Shown: one piece after another, positions 18,797-30,792 of the stretch
Numbering within the stretch: the stretch's first letter is position 1
Layout: the number at the start of each line of letters is the position of its first letter
From: Okeania sp. SIO1H2
GTDB taxonomy: Bacteria > Cyanobacteriota > Cyanobacteriia > Cyanobacteriales > Microcoleaceae
Direction: 5' to 3'
NCBI RefSeq assembly: GCF_010672685.1
Contig: NZ_JAAHGA010000036.1
Span: 7,773-71,772 of the forward strand
DNA: 64,000 nt
Position numbers and translations under genes: made by a program
Notes under the pieces: model-generated
What the model saw: the letters and a program-made list of their open reading frames with translations, nothing else
Databases searched by the model: none
Told to the model about the DNA's origin: nothing

Positions 18797-20132
18797 TTTA
18801 CTAACTCCGTTTCAGAAACTTTGTTTATATCGACAAATCAAATGTGGTTGATTGACTTAACCACATAATATATTGGGGTTGTTAATATTCTTACTTCCTA
18901 TAAACTAATGTAACAGCATAATTGTCACATCAAAGTAGATATAACCGAAATTATTACTTCAGGTATTTCCAATGTCCATTATTTAAAAGCTAGCTTAAAA
19001 TGTGCGTAGAAATTATGGCAGCTAGAATATTAACCATTGGTTGGGACAAAATTTGCATATCATTTTAATAGGCTCTATAAGTATATATTATGTAATAATA
19101 CATTTTGAAGCTTTAAATGTCAATATAACTCAAGTCCGACAGCATCGGTATGATCGAGTGCAAGCAATAACAAATTCAAAAAAGGTAGTGACATCTTAAT
19201 TGGTAATTGATTCCGACAATAAAAAATCATCAATTCCATAAATTATAAAAATTCAACACTTTTTCCTCTTTTTAATCCTGTTTTTCTTTCCCTGTTCCCT
19301 GTTCCCTATGTTGTGACTGTAGCAATATTTTATGAACTATAAGGAAGAAAGAAAAAGTAGAGATTTACCAAGTTTTTATACAAACTATACCAATGGACAT
19401 GATATGATTGATAAATTGATTTAGAATCTGAGAAAGCTAAAGCAGAGAAAAAGTATTTTATTTCCTCTGCTTCTTGTTCTATTTCTTTACAGGGTTATTG
19501 ACATCCTCACTCGTTAAGTCGCTCGATTATAACGAGGAATTCCCAAACCTCATGATTTAGGTTTACTGCTTGAGTGGCACTTATCTAGATTGTTTCCAAC
19601 CCCCGACAGTGCGCCTACACAGTCAATTTGTTGAACCACTATCTGTAAAGGCGGCAGTAACACCTCAATGACAAATCACTTTTGCAACTGACACATGACG
19701 CATTATTTCGTGATTATAACATAATTCGGTAGTGGTGTACAAGTAGCAATCTTCTTAAAAAAATTAAGTGGGCAAGCAAATACTATTCCGATAAAACGAT
19801 TGAATTAGATATATTTTCTCTTGCCTTTTGCCAGATGAGTGGTGTTAAGTTAGACTCTTGCAAATCAAGGTCAGTATCTGTTTTTATTTTGGTCACGATT
19901 CACCTTCCGGTAAATCTAAGATTATACCGAGAGTCCTCTCGCTCCATTTTAGATAGGTTTTGATAAACTCCCGACGCTACACTTGAGCAACAACGCGGGA
20001 TTAACCCGCAGAAGAGTTGCAGCTTGTATAGAGGTAATGTCTTCCCCCTATGCCCATTAGTATTCCATATTATGGCTCTCCCATAGGGCTCTGAATCAAA
20101 TATTATAGGGTGGGGACTTTCCGCCAGAAAAG

Positions 20133-21089
20133 TTAACTAGCTAAATAATCATTCATATCTTGTTTTCTTTTACGAAGTTTACTTAGAGCTTCTCTTTCTA
20201 TTTGTCGTACTCTTTCACGACTAATATTTAGGCGATCGCCAATTTTTGAGAGAGTCATACTTTGTCCATCCTCTAAGCCAAATCTTAATGCCAAAACTTG
20301 CTTTTGTTGGGGAGTCAGGTCAGTCATAATTGATTCTAAATCACTACGCATGGAAGATTGGAGAGCATAATCTTCTGGAGAAGCTCCTGTATCTTCTAGT
20401 AGGTCTCCTAACTCCGTATCTTGATTGTCCCCTACCCGTAAATCTAGTGATAGAGGTAAGCGAGCGCGTTCCAAACATTCACGAATTTGTTTTGGAGTGA
20501 AACCTAGTTCTTCTGCTATTTCATGGGTAGTGGCAGAGCGTCCTAACTCTTGAGTTAGTTGGCGTTGGGCTTTTTTGATCTTATTCAGCTTTTCTGTAAT
20601 GTGGATCGGCAAACGAATTGTACGACCTTTTTCTGCTATGGCCCTAGTTATGGCTTGGCGAATCCACCAATAAGCATAAGTGGAAAATCTATAACCCTTG
20701 GTAGGATCAAACTTTTCTACCCCTCTCTGCATACCGATAGTGCCTTCCTGAATTAAGTCAAGCAAATCTACATTTCGTTTGATATACTTTTTAGCAACAG
20801 ATACTACCAATCGTAGATTGGCCTCCACCATTTTTCGTTTGGCTCTTTCACCTTCGCGAACAATTCGCTGCAATTCATGACTAGATAAGTTTGTGGCCTC
20901 AGCCCATTCTGCTATTGTCGGTTCGCGGCCTAAACTTTCGGTGAGGGTCTTATTTACTTCATGCAAAGCTGTGAAGCGTTGTACTTGTTTTCCATAAAGA
21001 ATTTCTTCTTCATGGGTTAATAGGGGGACACGGCCAATTTCTCTGAGGTAAGTGCGTACAGAATCGGTGTCTGAGATTTTTGTCTTCAT
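20133..21089 (-). CDS. RNA polymerase sigma-70 family factor, group 2
   Basis: Region 2.4 '[14 protein letters not shown]', region 3 and region 4.2 '[21 protein letters not shown]'. The start is set at Met '[15 protein letters not shown]' (21089), which has a GGGAGAAG Shine-Dalgarno 8 nt upstream. The longer ORF to 21152 is also possible. Confidence 0.85.
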   Translation of the reverse strand: MKTKISDTDSVRTYLREIGRVPLLTHEEEILYGKQVQRFTALHEVNKTLTESLGREPTIAEWAEATNLSSHELQRIVREGERAKRKMVEANLRLVVSVAKKYIKRNVDLLDLIQEGTIGMQRGVEKFDPTKGYRFSTYAYWWIRQAITRAIAEKGRTIRLPIHITEKLNKIKKAQRQLTQELGRSATTHEIAEELGFTPKQIRECLERARLPLSLDLRVGDNQDTELGDLLEDTGASPEDYALQSSMRSDLESIMTDLTPQQKQVLALRFGLEDGQSMTLSKIGDRLNISRERVRQIEREALSKLRKRKQDMNDYLAS

Positions 21090-21895
21090 AACTCTTCTCC
21101 CGCTAGATATCTCTACTGGTAGGGTTTCGAGCGCCCTGTTTTGAGTTAGCAAGAAAAGCGGGCGGGTATTGCGCTTTCCTTGGATTTTTTTTAAGAAGTT
21201 TGTTCTATGGCCATTTGATATAATTAATTTGGCCTACAGAAATTCTAAATTATAAATTTGATATTTCTGAGATTTTAGATCTGGTCAAAAAACCAAATTA
21301 TCTTTTATCTTTTGAATCTATTTGTAAGAATTTGTGGACAATAAAAGAAGTTTTACTATTTTTTGAGAATTTAGATTAGATTTTGACTAAGATTCAAGTG
21401 CTTTAGTACAGAATCCAGATTGGATTGGCCTAAAGTACAGCTTTTTCGTTTCTTATCTATTCAGATAATTATGATGGCCTTTACACTACTCAATACTATG
21501 TTAAGAATGTTAACATTTATTACGTCTTATGGCTATACCTATAAGGATGATTTTTCAGATGAATGAGTTTAATTACCTAAATTAGTTAAATTATCTATAA
21601 GAGGGTACTCATAAATTCTTAAAAAAATTGCATCCTGCACAACAAAATCACAAAAATTTTGCAAAAATACTTAAACAAGGTCAAAAAAAGAGTATATGAA
21701 GTATATTTACTTGACTTTTGACTTTCAATTTTAAACTTTTGACTATCTTGAGTATGTCTTTAATTCTGTTTGCATAACATTTCGCAGCGAAATGTTTGCT
21801 CAGAATTACTTAGTCATTTTTGGCTTCCGCGAAGCGGTTGAGTTACTTAATATATGACTTATTGCCTTGGTATTATTACTGAATCTGGTATTTAA

Positions 21896-22576
21896 ATGGC
21901 CTCTGACTCTCGTACTAATGCGGGAGTAGACTATATTTCCACTTACCTGAAGCTATTTGATTTTTCTCTGACTGGAGAGCGGGTTATCCTCATCAGCACT
22001 TCTGGAAATTTGTCAATTACTCAAGGAGTAATCACTGAACTAAAAAAAGACTTCAAGATTTCTGAGGATACTAATCTTCATACTATTCCTACCCTTTACG
22101 AAATTGCTCGCTATATTGGGAGTAAAATTCGACAGATTCAAGAAAAAGACCGCTCTTGGCTACAAAAGGATCGAATTGACACTGGATGCAGTATATTACT
22201 AGGGGGTCAAATTAAAGGACAAGATCCTGAATTATTTTTGATTTATTCTCAAGGGAATTGTATTTCTGCTACAAAAGAAACACCTTTTCTACAAATAGGT
22301 GAGACTAAGTATGGCAAACCAATTTTAGACCGTGCTTTAAGTTTTTATACTTCTTTAGAAGCTGCTGCTAAATGTGCTTTAGTTTCTCTAGATTCTACAA
22401 TGAAATCTAATCTTTCTGTGGGACCTCCGATTAATTTGGTGATGTATGAAAAGGATAGTTTTCAAATTCGGCATCGCCTGCAAATGCGTCTGGGCGATCC
22501 TTATTTAGCTAAAGTGCGAAAGTTATGGGAGGAGTTTATCAAACAAGTTCTTGATGAAATGCCAGATTTAAACTGA
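21896..22576 (+). CDS. Proteasome-type (Ntn-hydrolase fold) peptidase-like protein
   Basis: 'GCSILLGGQIKGQDPELFLIYSQGN' resembles proteasome β-subunit / cyanobacterial 'proteasome-type protease' sequences. The assignment is tentative. Confidence 0.4.
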   Translation: MASDSRTNAGVDYISTYLKLFDFSLTGERVILISTSGNLSITQGVITELKKDFKISEDTNLHTIPTLYEIARYIGSKIRQIQEKDRSWLQKDRIDTGCSILLGGQIKGQDPELFLIYSQGNCISATKETPFLQIGETKYGKPILDRALSFYTSLEAAAKCALVSLDSTMKSNLSVGPPINLVMYEKDSFQIRHRLQMRLGDPYLAKVRKLWEEFIKQVLDEMPDLN

Positions 22577-23303
22577 TTACATGATTCTCAAGAATCTCAG
22601 GAAGATATTTTGATTGATTGAACAACACAAGAGAGTGGAGGAGTGGGGGAGTGGGGGCGAACGGCCGTTTGCCCGTAGGAGTACAGGAGTCAGGGAGTGG
22701 GGGAGTGGGGGAGAAATAAACATTAGAATTACCACTTACACAGTACAACGTATTTCCGGAATGCTCCGCAAACGAGAACATCTCAAAAAAAATCTGCTGA
22801 AAGCTGTTTGCGCAGCATTCCGCAGGAAAAGCTGAACGCTGAGGTGCTTCTTTAATAATTTAAATGCTACCTAAGTTAAGCATTAATTCATGGTAATTGG
22901 TATAAATTAATCGAATTAAGCGATCGCGCAAGTAGAACAGAATTCTATCCCTCTAATATAGTTTCACCCCCATCGCGGAGTGTCTTTTTGGACGATAAAT
23001 CTTGATCGTTGGTAAAAAAATTTAGATGCGTTGTAATACTACAAGAACTTGGTTAGGACATTTTTCAATCCTAAAATCCTTTTACAGTTTGTGATTCCCT
23101 ATTCCCTGATCCCTACTCCCTAGCGCGTAGGGCTATAATTTTTCAGTTTTCCCCATTTGTGGTTGTCAATAGTATAGTTAGAAAGAATTGGTTAGGACAT
23201 AGACTAATGACGAATCTTAGACTAGAAAATTTTTTTCCAACTGTCCCCTGTTCCCTGTTCCCTGCTATACAATGTAACGGTTGTTTTAATTTTATTATAG
23301 AGT

Positions 23304-24599
23304 GTGATTGAACGTTACACCTTGCCCGAAATGGGTGAACTTTGGACTGAGAATGCCAAGCTAAAAACTTGGTTACAAGTAGAAATAGCTGTCTGTGAAG
23401 CTCAGGCAGAACTTGGGTACATACCTGCTGAGGCAGTAGAAGAAATCAAGGCCAAGGCTAATTTTGACCCAAAGCGGGTTCTCGAAATTGAGGCAGAAGT
23501 CCGCCATGATGTGATTGCTTTCTTGACAAATGTGAATGAGTATGTTGGTGATGTTGGGCGGTATATTCACTTAGGGTTGACAAGTTCTGACGTTTTGGAT
23601 ACTGCATTAGCATTACAGATGGTTGCGAGTCTGGATCTGTTGTTGTCATGTGTTGAAGAGTTGGGACAAGCAATTCGCTATCAGGCACAACAGCATCGGG
23701 AAACTGTGATGGTAGGTCGTTCCCATGGTATTCATGCGGAACCTATAACTTTTGGTTTTAAGTTGGCAGGATGGTTGGCAGAAGTTTGTCGCAACCGCCA
23801 GAGATTGGTAAAAATGCGTGATAATATTGCTGTGGGTAAGATTTCTGGAGCAGTGGGAACCTATGCAAATATTGACCCACGAGTTGAGGCGATCGCCTGC
23901 CAAAAACTGGGACTTCAACCGGATACTGCATCTACTCAAGTAATTTCACGCGATCGCCATGCTGAGTATGTGCAAACTTTAGCGTTGCTGACTGCTTCTA
24001 TAGAACGTTTTGCTGTAGAAGTTCGTAACCTTCAACGTACCGATGTTTTAGAGGTTGAGGAATATTTTTCTAAGCGTCAAAAAGGCTCGAGCGCCATGCC
24101 CCACAAACGCAACCCCATTCGTTCGGAAAGGTTAACGGGAATGGCGAGAATTGTGCGGGGTCATGCCGTTGCCGCTTTGGAAAATGTTGCTCTCTGGCAC
24201 GAACGAGATATTTCCCATAGTTCTGTTGAAAGAGTGATTTTGCCGGATGCTTGCATTTTAACTCATTTTATGCTCAAAGAAACTACTAATTTAGTCAAAA
24301 ATTTGTTAGTTTACCCAGAAAACATGAAGCGAAATATGAATGTTTATGGAGGGGTAATTTTTAGTCAGCGAGTGCTTTTGGCATTAGTAGAAAAAGGCAT
24401 GATTCGAGAGGATGCTTATCAAATTGTTCAGTCTTGCGCCCATCAAGCTTGGAATCAACCAAATGGTAATTTTCAGGATTTAATTTGCAAAAATGAAGAA
24501 ATTAAAAGTAAGTTATCTGAGGCAGAAATTGCAGCTTGTTTTGACCCGAAACATCATTTAAAACATTTGGATGATGTGTATCAAAGATTAGGTATTTGA
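23304..24599 (+). CDS. purB: Adenylosuccinate lyase
   Basis: Fumarate-lyase signature 'SSAMPHKRNP', plus a global match to PurB ('MIERYTLPEM...', 'GLTSSDVLDTA'). 431 aa. Confidence 0.9.
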   Translation: MIERYTLPEMGELWTENAKLKTWLQVEIAVCEAQAELGYIPAEAVEEIKAKANFDPKRVLEIEAEVRHDVIAFLTNVNEYVGDVGRYIHLGLTSSDVLDTALALQMVASLDLLLSCVEELGQAIRYQAQQHRETVMVGRSHGIHAEPITFGFKLAGWLAEVCRNRQRLVKMRDNIAVGKISGAVGTYANIDPRVEAIACQKLGLQPDTASTQVISRDRHAEYVQTLALLTASIERFAVEVRNLQRTDVLEVEEYFSKRQKGSSAMPHKRNPIRSERLTGMARIVRGHAVAALENVALWHERDISHSSVERVILPDACILTHFMLKETTNLVKNLLVYPENMKRNMNVYGGVIFSQRVLLALVEKGMIREDAYQIVQSCAHQAWNQPNGNFQDLICKNEEIKSKLSEAEIAACFDPKHHLKHLDDVYQRLGI

Positions 24600-25134
24600 A
24601 GTTTTATTTTGAGTATGTAGAGATTTTTTCCCTTGATAGTGACTTTCAAATGTTGAGCGATCAAGATAAGATACACCAAGAAAATACTTGGCTGTTTTTA
24701 CAAGTTAGGTTGAATTATTGAAGCTATAACTTACTTATTTATTCATACCAAATTTAACGCTATAATTTGGTGAAATTGTTTTTGGTTCTGAATTAATCAG
24801 TAATTCCAATTAAGAATTTCGGTAGCTCCTAAACTGAAGTTTCTATAAGAAAAAATCTCAATTTGTAGTTCCGCTAACTGCACCCAATTAAAGTAAGACC
24901 GGGTTGAGCGGAACTATGAGTTTGGTGATAATTAGTAAAAATTCATCACGCGCTAATCACGAAACTAATGCTCCAACAGCAACTGGTGGTGCTACTACTG
25001 CAACTATTGGAGCGATCGCTAATGCTTTACCAAGCTTACCTATTAGTAGACTAATAAGCTTAAAAATGTAGGTTGGGTTGAGCGGTAGCAAAACCCAACA
25101 AAAAGTTACTGGTTTTGAGTTTGTCTGAATCATG

Positions 25135-25439
25135 AGATTATTTTAGATATTCGCTATGCCACTACAAATAATTTCCTCAACCAAAAATTATACCCTGTAG
25201 CAAAATGTGCTTGAAGAAAAGAAGTAGCAGAAAAATTATCACAAGTCCAGGCAGATTTAAAAATAATAGGATTAGGTTTAAAAGTTTATGATTGCTATCG
25301 ACCTCTATCAGTGACAAAAAAGATGTGGGAAGTTTTGCCAGATTCTTGTTATTTTGCTAATCCTGAGAAAGGTTCTCGACATAATCGTGGTGCTGCAGTT
25401 GTCGTCTGCTTCTACTTGTTCCTCAATGATGCAAGTTGA
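25135..25439 (+). pseudogene. D-Ala-D-Ala dipeptidase (VanX/DdpX family) remnant, N-terminally truncated and frameshifted
   Basis: Frame A reads 'ILDIRYATTNNFLNQKLYPVAKCA' then a stop. A shifted frame reads '...LKVYDCYRPLSVTKKMWEVLPDSCYFANPEKGSRHNRGAAV'. These correspond to DdpX 'ELKYAxxNxxGK.IY..A.C' and 'IYDAYRP..AQ..W...PD..YV..P..GSNHSRGxAxD'. Confidence 0.5.
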
Positions 25440-25440
25440 C

Positions 25441-25659
25441 CAGTTTCATAACGTGATGGCAGGTACGAGTATGGCAACGCCGTTTATTACTGGGTTGGTA
25501 GCGTTACTGTTGGAAAAGGAGCCGCAGTTAACCCCTGAAGAAATTAAGCAACGTTTGCATTCAAGTAGTTTTATTCCTGGAAAACCTGTTGGCAGTTTCG
25601 ACCCAAAATGGGGTTTTGGTTTGATCGATGCTGAAAAATTATTGACGTTGGTGAATTAG
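25441..25659 (+). pseudogene. Subtilisin-like (S8) serine peptidase C-terminal fragment
   Basis: 'HNVMAGTSMATPFITGLVALLLE' is the S8 catalytic-Ser motif GTSMAxP. No upstream Asp/His domains are present, and it abuts the VanX remnant. Confidence 0.5.
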
Positions 25660-26340
25660 TGTATGATATTAATCTTAATTATTTTAGGAGTCAACTCACC
25701 CCTCGCCCCTCCCCCTCCCAGGAGGGAAATTCAGGAGTCAGGAGTCAGGAGGCATCGAAGGAAGAGAATTGAGAAAGATTTAGCAATGACTAAAGATATA
25801 GCAGTATGCGCTAGTATATTCACAAATTGCAGGAACTACCCAATAGATAAAAGTCTGATATAACTCCTAAGAAATAGCCTAGCTATTTGCTGATAGTATT
25901 TCTCACAAACATCGATCGTGCTTGTTATTACTAATGATATTAAATCCGGTTGAATACTTATCATATATTTGGGAGTGGGGAGTAGGAGAGTAGGGGCGAA
26001 TGGCATTAGCGAACGCTCTCAGTAGATTTAGTATCCGTGCAGAGGATCGGTTTTTCCCAGGCTGCTATTAAACAAATGGACATGATATAAGTCCTAAAAT
26101 ATGTTTAAGAACTTATTAAGAATCTATATCAATAAAATTAAGGTTATGTTAGGTGATTTTTTGAATAAATTATAAATAATATCACCCATAAAAAAAAGGA
26201 TTGTGCATGATGAACATTTCTTGCTACTAGGACTACTAAACTAATTGTTTCTTATATATCTCCTAGATTTTCCTGCTATTTCTTACTTGCTCTCCAACCC
26301 CAACTCAATTGATGTAACAGATACCCCTTAATAAAACTTC

Positions 26341-26400
26341 ATATTTTATTGTTGATAAAAAATATTAATTGTGTTCAAATAAAATTATTGATAATAAAGC
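26341..26400 (+). promoter_or_regulatory. Possible iron box / Fur-binding-like AT-rich hexamer repeats upstream of the IsiA-family cluster
   Basis: 'TTATTGATAATAAAG' contains TGATAAT-type repeats about 190 bp upstream of the first CP43-like gene. IsiA genes are classically Fur-regulated. This is a weak sequence-only call. Confidence 0.2.
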
Positions 26401-26570
26401 TCAATTATAGTAGTCCTATTTCCGCTATGTAGAAAATATCCAACAGAGCAAAGGTATAAGGAATAATCATCATCAAAATTTTTATTCTACTTTGGGATTT
26501 TTACAAATTATTTAGGACTGCTATAGAGCCTTCTTTAACTGATCTTCATCAGACTGAGGACCAAATCTCT

Positions 26571-27671
26571 ATGCAAACACTTGGCAATGAAGAAAGCAGC
26601 ACCATGTCTACAACTAACGACAGTGGAGTTTTCTGGACACCTGTTTGGCGATCGCTAGGCTGGTATGTTGAGGCCACTGAAGAAGAAGGTGCAGCTTTAT
26701 TAGGAGGTAATATCAGGTTCAAAGACCTCTCTGGGCAATTACTAGGTGCCCATGTAGCCCATGCTGGTTTAATCATGCTGTGGGCAGGTGCCATGACACT
26801 GTTTGAGCTATCTCAGTTTGACCCCAGCGTACCAATGTACGAGCAAAAACTAATATTACTACCTCATCTAGCAACATTAGGTATTGGTATCGAAGCAGGG
26901 GTACAAACAATCGACACCTATCCCTACTATGTCATCGGTATGCTGCATCTCATCAGTTCTGCTGTTTTGGGAGCAGGAGGTATCTACCATGCAGTTTTAG
27001 GGCCGAAACAGCTTGATGAGAAAGGTTTTGGCTACGACTGGGAAGATGGCAACAAGATGACTACTATTTTGGGTATTCATCTAGTGCTGTTGGGGGTGGG
27101 AGCATCTCTATTGGTCATTAAAGCAACGGTTTTAGGTGGTATTTACGATCCACTAATAGAACAAGTAAGGTTAATACAGCCTAATCTCGATCCCGTAAGA
27201 ATTTTCGGTTATCTGTTTGGCTTTAGTCCTAATGGTTGGACAATTACTGGCATGGCTAGCGTAGATAATCTCGAAGATGTGGTCGGTGGTCATGTCTGGG
27301 TGAGCCTACTCTGCACTGTTGGTGGTCTATTTCACATTATTTCCAAACCTACGGGTTGGGCAAAACAAATACTAATTTGGTCCGGAGAGGCTTACTTGTC
27401 TTACAGTTTAGGGGCACTTGCGATCGCAGGATTTAGCGTAGCTGTCTTTATCTCCACCAACGAAACTGTTTATCCTAGCGTGTTTTATAGTCCTATTGGC
27501 AGCGACTCTGTGCGAACTGCTCTTGCTACCGTTCATGCTGGATTAGGTTTCCTAGCTTTGCTCGGACATTTATGGCACGCTTACCGAGCGCGAGCTGCTA
27601 CTCGTAAAGTATTTTATGGAACGTTCTTTGACTTTATGGCTAAGAATGTTACACCTATTACACCTGCTTGA
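26571..27671 (+). CDS. IsiA/CP43-family chlorophyll a-binding protein (lacks the CP43 large lumenal loop)
   Basis: '[21 protein letters not shown]', and 'HLVLLGVGA' and 'HAGLGFL' helices with conserved His. 366 aa. It is the first of three tandem paralogs. Confidence 0.8.
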   Translation: MQTLGNEESSTMSTTNDSGVFWTPVWRSLGWYVEATEEEGAALLGGNIRFKDLSGQLLGAHVAHAGLIMLWAGAMTLFELSQFDPSVPMYEQKLILLPHLATLGIGIEAGVQTIDTYPYYVIGMLHLISSAVLGAGGIYHAVLGPKQLDEKGFGYDWEDGNKMTTILGIHLVLLGVGASLLVIKATVLGGIYDPLIEQVRLIQPNLDPVRIFGYLFGFSPNGWTITGMASVDNLEDVVGGHVWVSLLCTVGGLFHIISKPTGWAKQILIWSGEAYLSYSLGALAIAGFSVAVFISTNETVYPSVFYSPIGSDSVRTALATVHAGLGFLALLGHLWHAYRARAATRKVFYGTFFDFMAKNVTPITPA

Positions 27672-27862
27672 ATAGAAGTCAAAATCTAAGTTCATTGAAG
27701 AAGGAGACAGGAGACAGGAGACAGGAGGAAAATTACATGGGGATAGTCTTCGACAAGCCACTCCGCGTCTACGCTCCCCCAAGTAATGCGTGAACATCGC
27801 AAGTGACGGTGGGGTATTAAAGCCATAAAGAAAATGATAATTATATAAGGAGAACAATAGTA

Positions 27863-28891
27863 ATGACTGTCGTAACAGATGAGAATCTGCAAATCCCATG
27901 GCGGGCAGGTAATGCTCGGCTTGTTAACCTATCTGGCAAGCTATTGGGCGCTCATGTAGCCCATGCTGGCTTAATTGTACTCTGGGCTGGAGCTATTACT
28001 TTGTTTGAAGTTGCCAACTTTGATTCCTCCCTACCAATGTACGAACAGGGCTTAATTGTACTGCCTAATCTAGCCCGCTTGGGATTTGGAGTTGGTGAAG
28101 GAGGTGTCATTGATACCTACCCCTACTTTGTGATTGGGGTACTGCATTTGATTAGTTCGGCGTTTTTAGGAGCAGGTGGTATATTCCACGCTCTCAGAGG
28201 TCCATCTAAACTAGAAGACAAATTTTCTTTCTTTGGCTATAGCTGGGATAATCCAGGTAAAATGACAACTATCCTGGGTATCCATCTAGTCTTATTAGGA
28301 ATCGGAGCATTTTTACTTGTAGCAAAAGCGATTGCATTTGGAGGGTTATACGATCCAGTAGTTCAAAATTTACGAGTAATATCAAATCCCACTCTAAATC
28401 CTATTACCATTTTCGGCTACCTATTTGGTACAGAAGGACGTTTCTGGCTGGCTGGTGTTAACTCTTTAGAAGATGTAGTAGGCGGTCACATTTGGATTGG
28501 TGCTATCTGCATTTTGGGTGGTATCTGGCATATTCGCACCGTACCCTTTGACTGGGCTAAAGGCTTATTTGTCTGGTCAGGAGAAGCATATTTGTCTTAC
28601 AGTATTGGCGCAGTCAGCTTAATGGCATTTGTCGCAACATTGTTTGTGTCCGTTAACTCCCTGGTATTTCCCACAGAATTTTTCGGACCAACTTTGACTC
28701 TGGTGTTCGATCGCTTTCCTGTGTTTGTTAGTACTGATGGAGCCTTGACTGCAAGAGTATGGTTGGCAAATGCTCACTTCTGGTTAGGATTTTTCTTCCT
28801 GCAAGGACATATATTCCACGCCCTCCGGGCAGCAGGTTATAGCTTCACCGAAGGCAGAGTAGTCACATTTACAAGAGGTCAAGTAAGTTAG
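27863..28891 (+). CDS. isiA: IsiA/CP43' iron-stress-type chlorophyll-binding protein
   Basis: '[31 protein letters not shown]' and the 342-aa length are canonical for IsiA/Pcb. Confidence 0.8.
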   Translation: MTVVTDENLQIPWRAGNARLVNLSGKLLGAHVAHAGLIVLWAGAITLFEVANFDSSLPMYEQGLIVLPNLARLGFGVGEGGVIDTYPYFVIGVLHLISSAFLGAGGIFHALRGPSKLEDKFSFFGYSWDNPGKMTTILGIHLVLLGIGAFLLVAKAIAFGGLYDPVVQNLRVISNPTLNPITIFGYLFGTEGRFWLAGVNSLEDVVGGHIWIGAICILGGIWHIRTVPFDWAKGLFVWSGEAYLSYSIGAVSLMAFVATLFVSVNSLVFPTEFFGPTLTLVFDRFPVFVSTDGALTARVWLANAHFWLGFFFLQGHIFHALRAAGYSFTEGRVVTFTRGQVS

Positions 28892-28893
28892 TT

Positions 28894-30459
28894 ATGACTG
28901 TAACTAAATCAAATCCATTGAGGTTTTTAGGCTTTTCAACAGATAATAATGTTGATGTTGCGAACTATGTTAGTGATTCCCAAGAACCTTATTCTTGGTG
29001 GGCAGGTAATTTTCGCTTTGTTAACTTGTCTGGAAAATTATTGGGAGCGCACATTGCTCATGCAGGGTTGATCGTACTCTGGACTGGAGCAATGACTCTG
29101 TTTGAGCTATCAAAATTCGATCCTAGTCTACCCATGTACGACCAAGGACTGATTTTGCTGCCCCACATGGCGACTCTGGGTATAGGGGTTGGCGCAAATG
29201 GTGAAATTATTGATACTTATCCCTACTTTGCTATTGGTGTTATCCATCTCGTTAGTTCAGCAATTCTAGGCGCTGGTGGCATTTTCCATGCCGTGCTTGG
29301 ACCTGACAAACTTGATGAAAAGGGATTTGGCTATCAGTGGAATGATGGCAAGAAAATGACTACTATCCTTGGTATTCATCTACTGCTACTGGGGATGGGA
29401 GCATTTTTGCTAGTAGCCAAAGCTATGTATTTTGATGGTTTGTATGACCCGGCGATCGCCAATGTGCGACTGATTACTGAACCCACTCTCAACCCACAGA
29501 CTATCTTCGGTTACCTCGTCGGTATCACCCCTGATGGCTGGACGTTGAAGGGTATGGCTGCTGTCAACTCTTTAGAAGATGTAATAGGCGGTCACATTTG
29601 GATTGGTAGTATCTGTATTCTGGGTGGTCTCTGGCATATTAATACTGCTCCTACAAAATGGGCTAAGGGTCTTTTTGTCTGGTCTGGAGAAGCATATCTT
29701 GCTTATAGTCAGGCTGCTCTAGCTTACATGGGCTTTTTCGCTGCCTACTTTGTCTGGGTGAATGATACAGTCTATCCTTCAGTATTTTATGGTCCTGTAG
29801 GTATGACTAATGTTGATGGTACAATTACTCCTCGTACCTGGTTGATGTTGTTCCAACTCATCTTTGCCTGTCTGCTACTGGCAGGTCACTTTTGGCATGG
29901 TCTCAGAGCTAGAGCGATCGCCAGTGGATTTGTCTTCAGTAATATGAAGTTCAATCCCGGTGCCCTCTATGGAGACACTCAGTTTAATAACGAATCTCTA
30001 GTGACTGGTATTGTACAGCCTTTCCAGAACAATCCTCAATTGGGTAATTTGGCAACCCCAATTAATTCCAGTCAGCTTACCATCACTTGGGTTAAGAACT
30101 TGCCAATTTACCGCAATGGTTTATCTCCTATTGCACGGGGTCTAGAAATTGGCATGGCTCATGGCTACCTATTATTAGGGCCTTTTCTCAAGCTCGGACC
30201 ATTGCGTAACACCGACCAAGCTCTTCTGGCTGGAGGTGGTAGTGCATCTGGCTTAGTAGTGATTTTAAGTATCTGTCTGTTTGTTTATGGGGCGGTAGTG
30301 TTTCAAGGTTCTAGAGAACCAAGAGGCGTTTTACCGGAGAACCTACAAACTTATCAGGAATGGAGTTTGTTTACCTCTGGTTTTCTCATTGGAGGACTAG
30401 GCGGTGTAGTTTTTGCCTGCTTTATCCTTATAGAAATCGGGCGAGCGGGAATTTTGTAA
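28894..30459 (+). CDS. IsiA/CP43-like chlorophyll-binding protein fused to a C-terminal PsaL-like domain
   Basis: N-terminal '[31 protein letters not shown]'. The C-terminal ~170 aa read '[30 protein letters not shown]', the PsaL signature, plus two extra TM helices. Confidence 0.8.
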   Translation: MTVTKSNPLRFLGFSTDNNVDVANYVSDSQEPYSWWAGNFRFVNLSGKLLGAHIAHAGLIVLWTGAMTLFELSKFDPSLPMYDQGLILLPHMATLGIGVGANGEIIDTYPYFAIGVIHLVSSAILGAGGIFHAVLGPDKLDEKGFGYQWNDGKKMTTILGIHLLLLGMGAFLLVAKAMYFDGLYDPAIANVRLITEPTLNPQTIFGYLVGITPDGWTLKGMAAVNSLEDVIGGHIWIGSICILGGLWHINTAPTKWAKGLFVWSGEAYLAYSQAALAYMGFFAAYFVWVNDTVYPSVFYGPVGMTNVDGTITPRTWLMLFQLIFACLLLAGHFWHGLRARAIASGFVFSNMKFNPGALYGDTQFNNESLVTGIVQPFQNNPQLGNLATPINSSQLTITWVKNLPIYRNGLSPIARGLEIGMAHGYLLLGPFLKLGPLRNTDQALLAGGGSASGLVVILSICLFVYGAVVFQGSREPRGVLPENLQTYQEWSLFTSGFLIGGLGGVVFACFILIEIGRAGIL

Positions 30460-30672
30460 CTTTGTTTGCTTGAGCAGGGGAAGAAGGGCAGAAGTTAATA
30501 TTCCTAATTTTTATCAGGAAAGGCAGAAGGCAGGAGGCAGTAGGCAGAAGGGAATTCTGACTCGCCTGTTACCTTTAGGGGAACAAGGGTATAAAAACCC
30601 CATCCAATTGTTCCTTCTGCCCTCTGCTCTCAGCATAGCTGCCTTAGTTCATCGGATATTTACTATGTTTCC

Positions 30673-30792
30673 TGCTCTATAAAACTGACACAAAGCTTCA
30701 CATAACGTGACAAATTGATGTTTACTTCCTGCTTCTTGTGAGGCCGTCGGCGGTTACTCATCCACAGGCATTGACGGTCAAGCCAACCGCAT
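30673..30792. repeat. ~120-bp dispersed repeat 'CTGCTCTATAAAACTGACACAAAGC.TCACATAA.GTGACAAATTGA.GTTTACTTC...TGAGGCCGTCGGCGGTTACTCATCCACAGGCATT.ACGGTC.AGCC.ACCGCAT'
   Basis: The second copy, about 90% identical and in the same orientation, lies at 58758-58877 in the rimO-crhR spacer. Confidence 0.7.
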
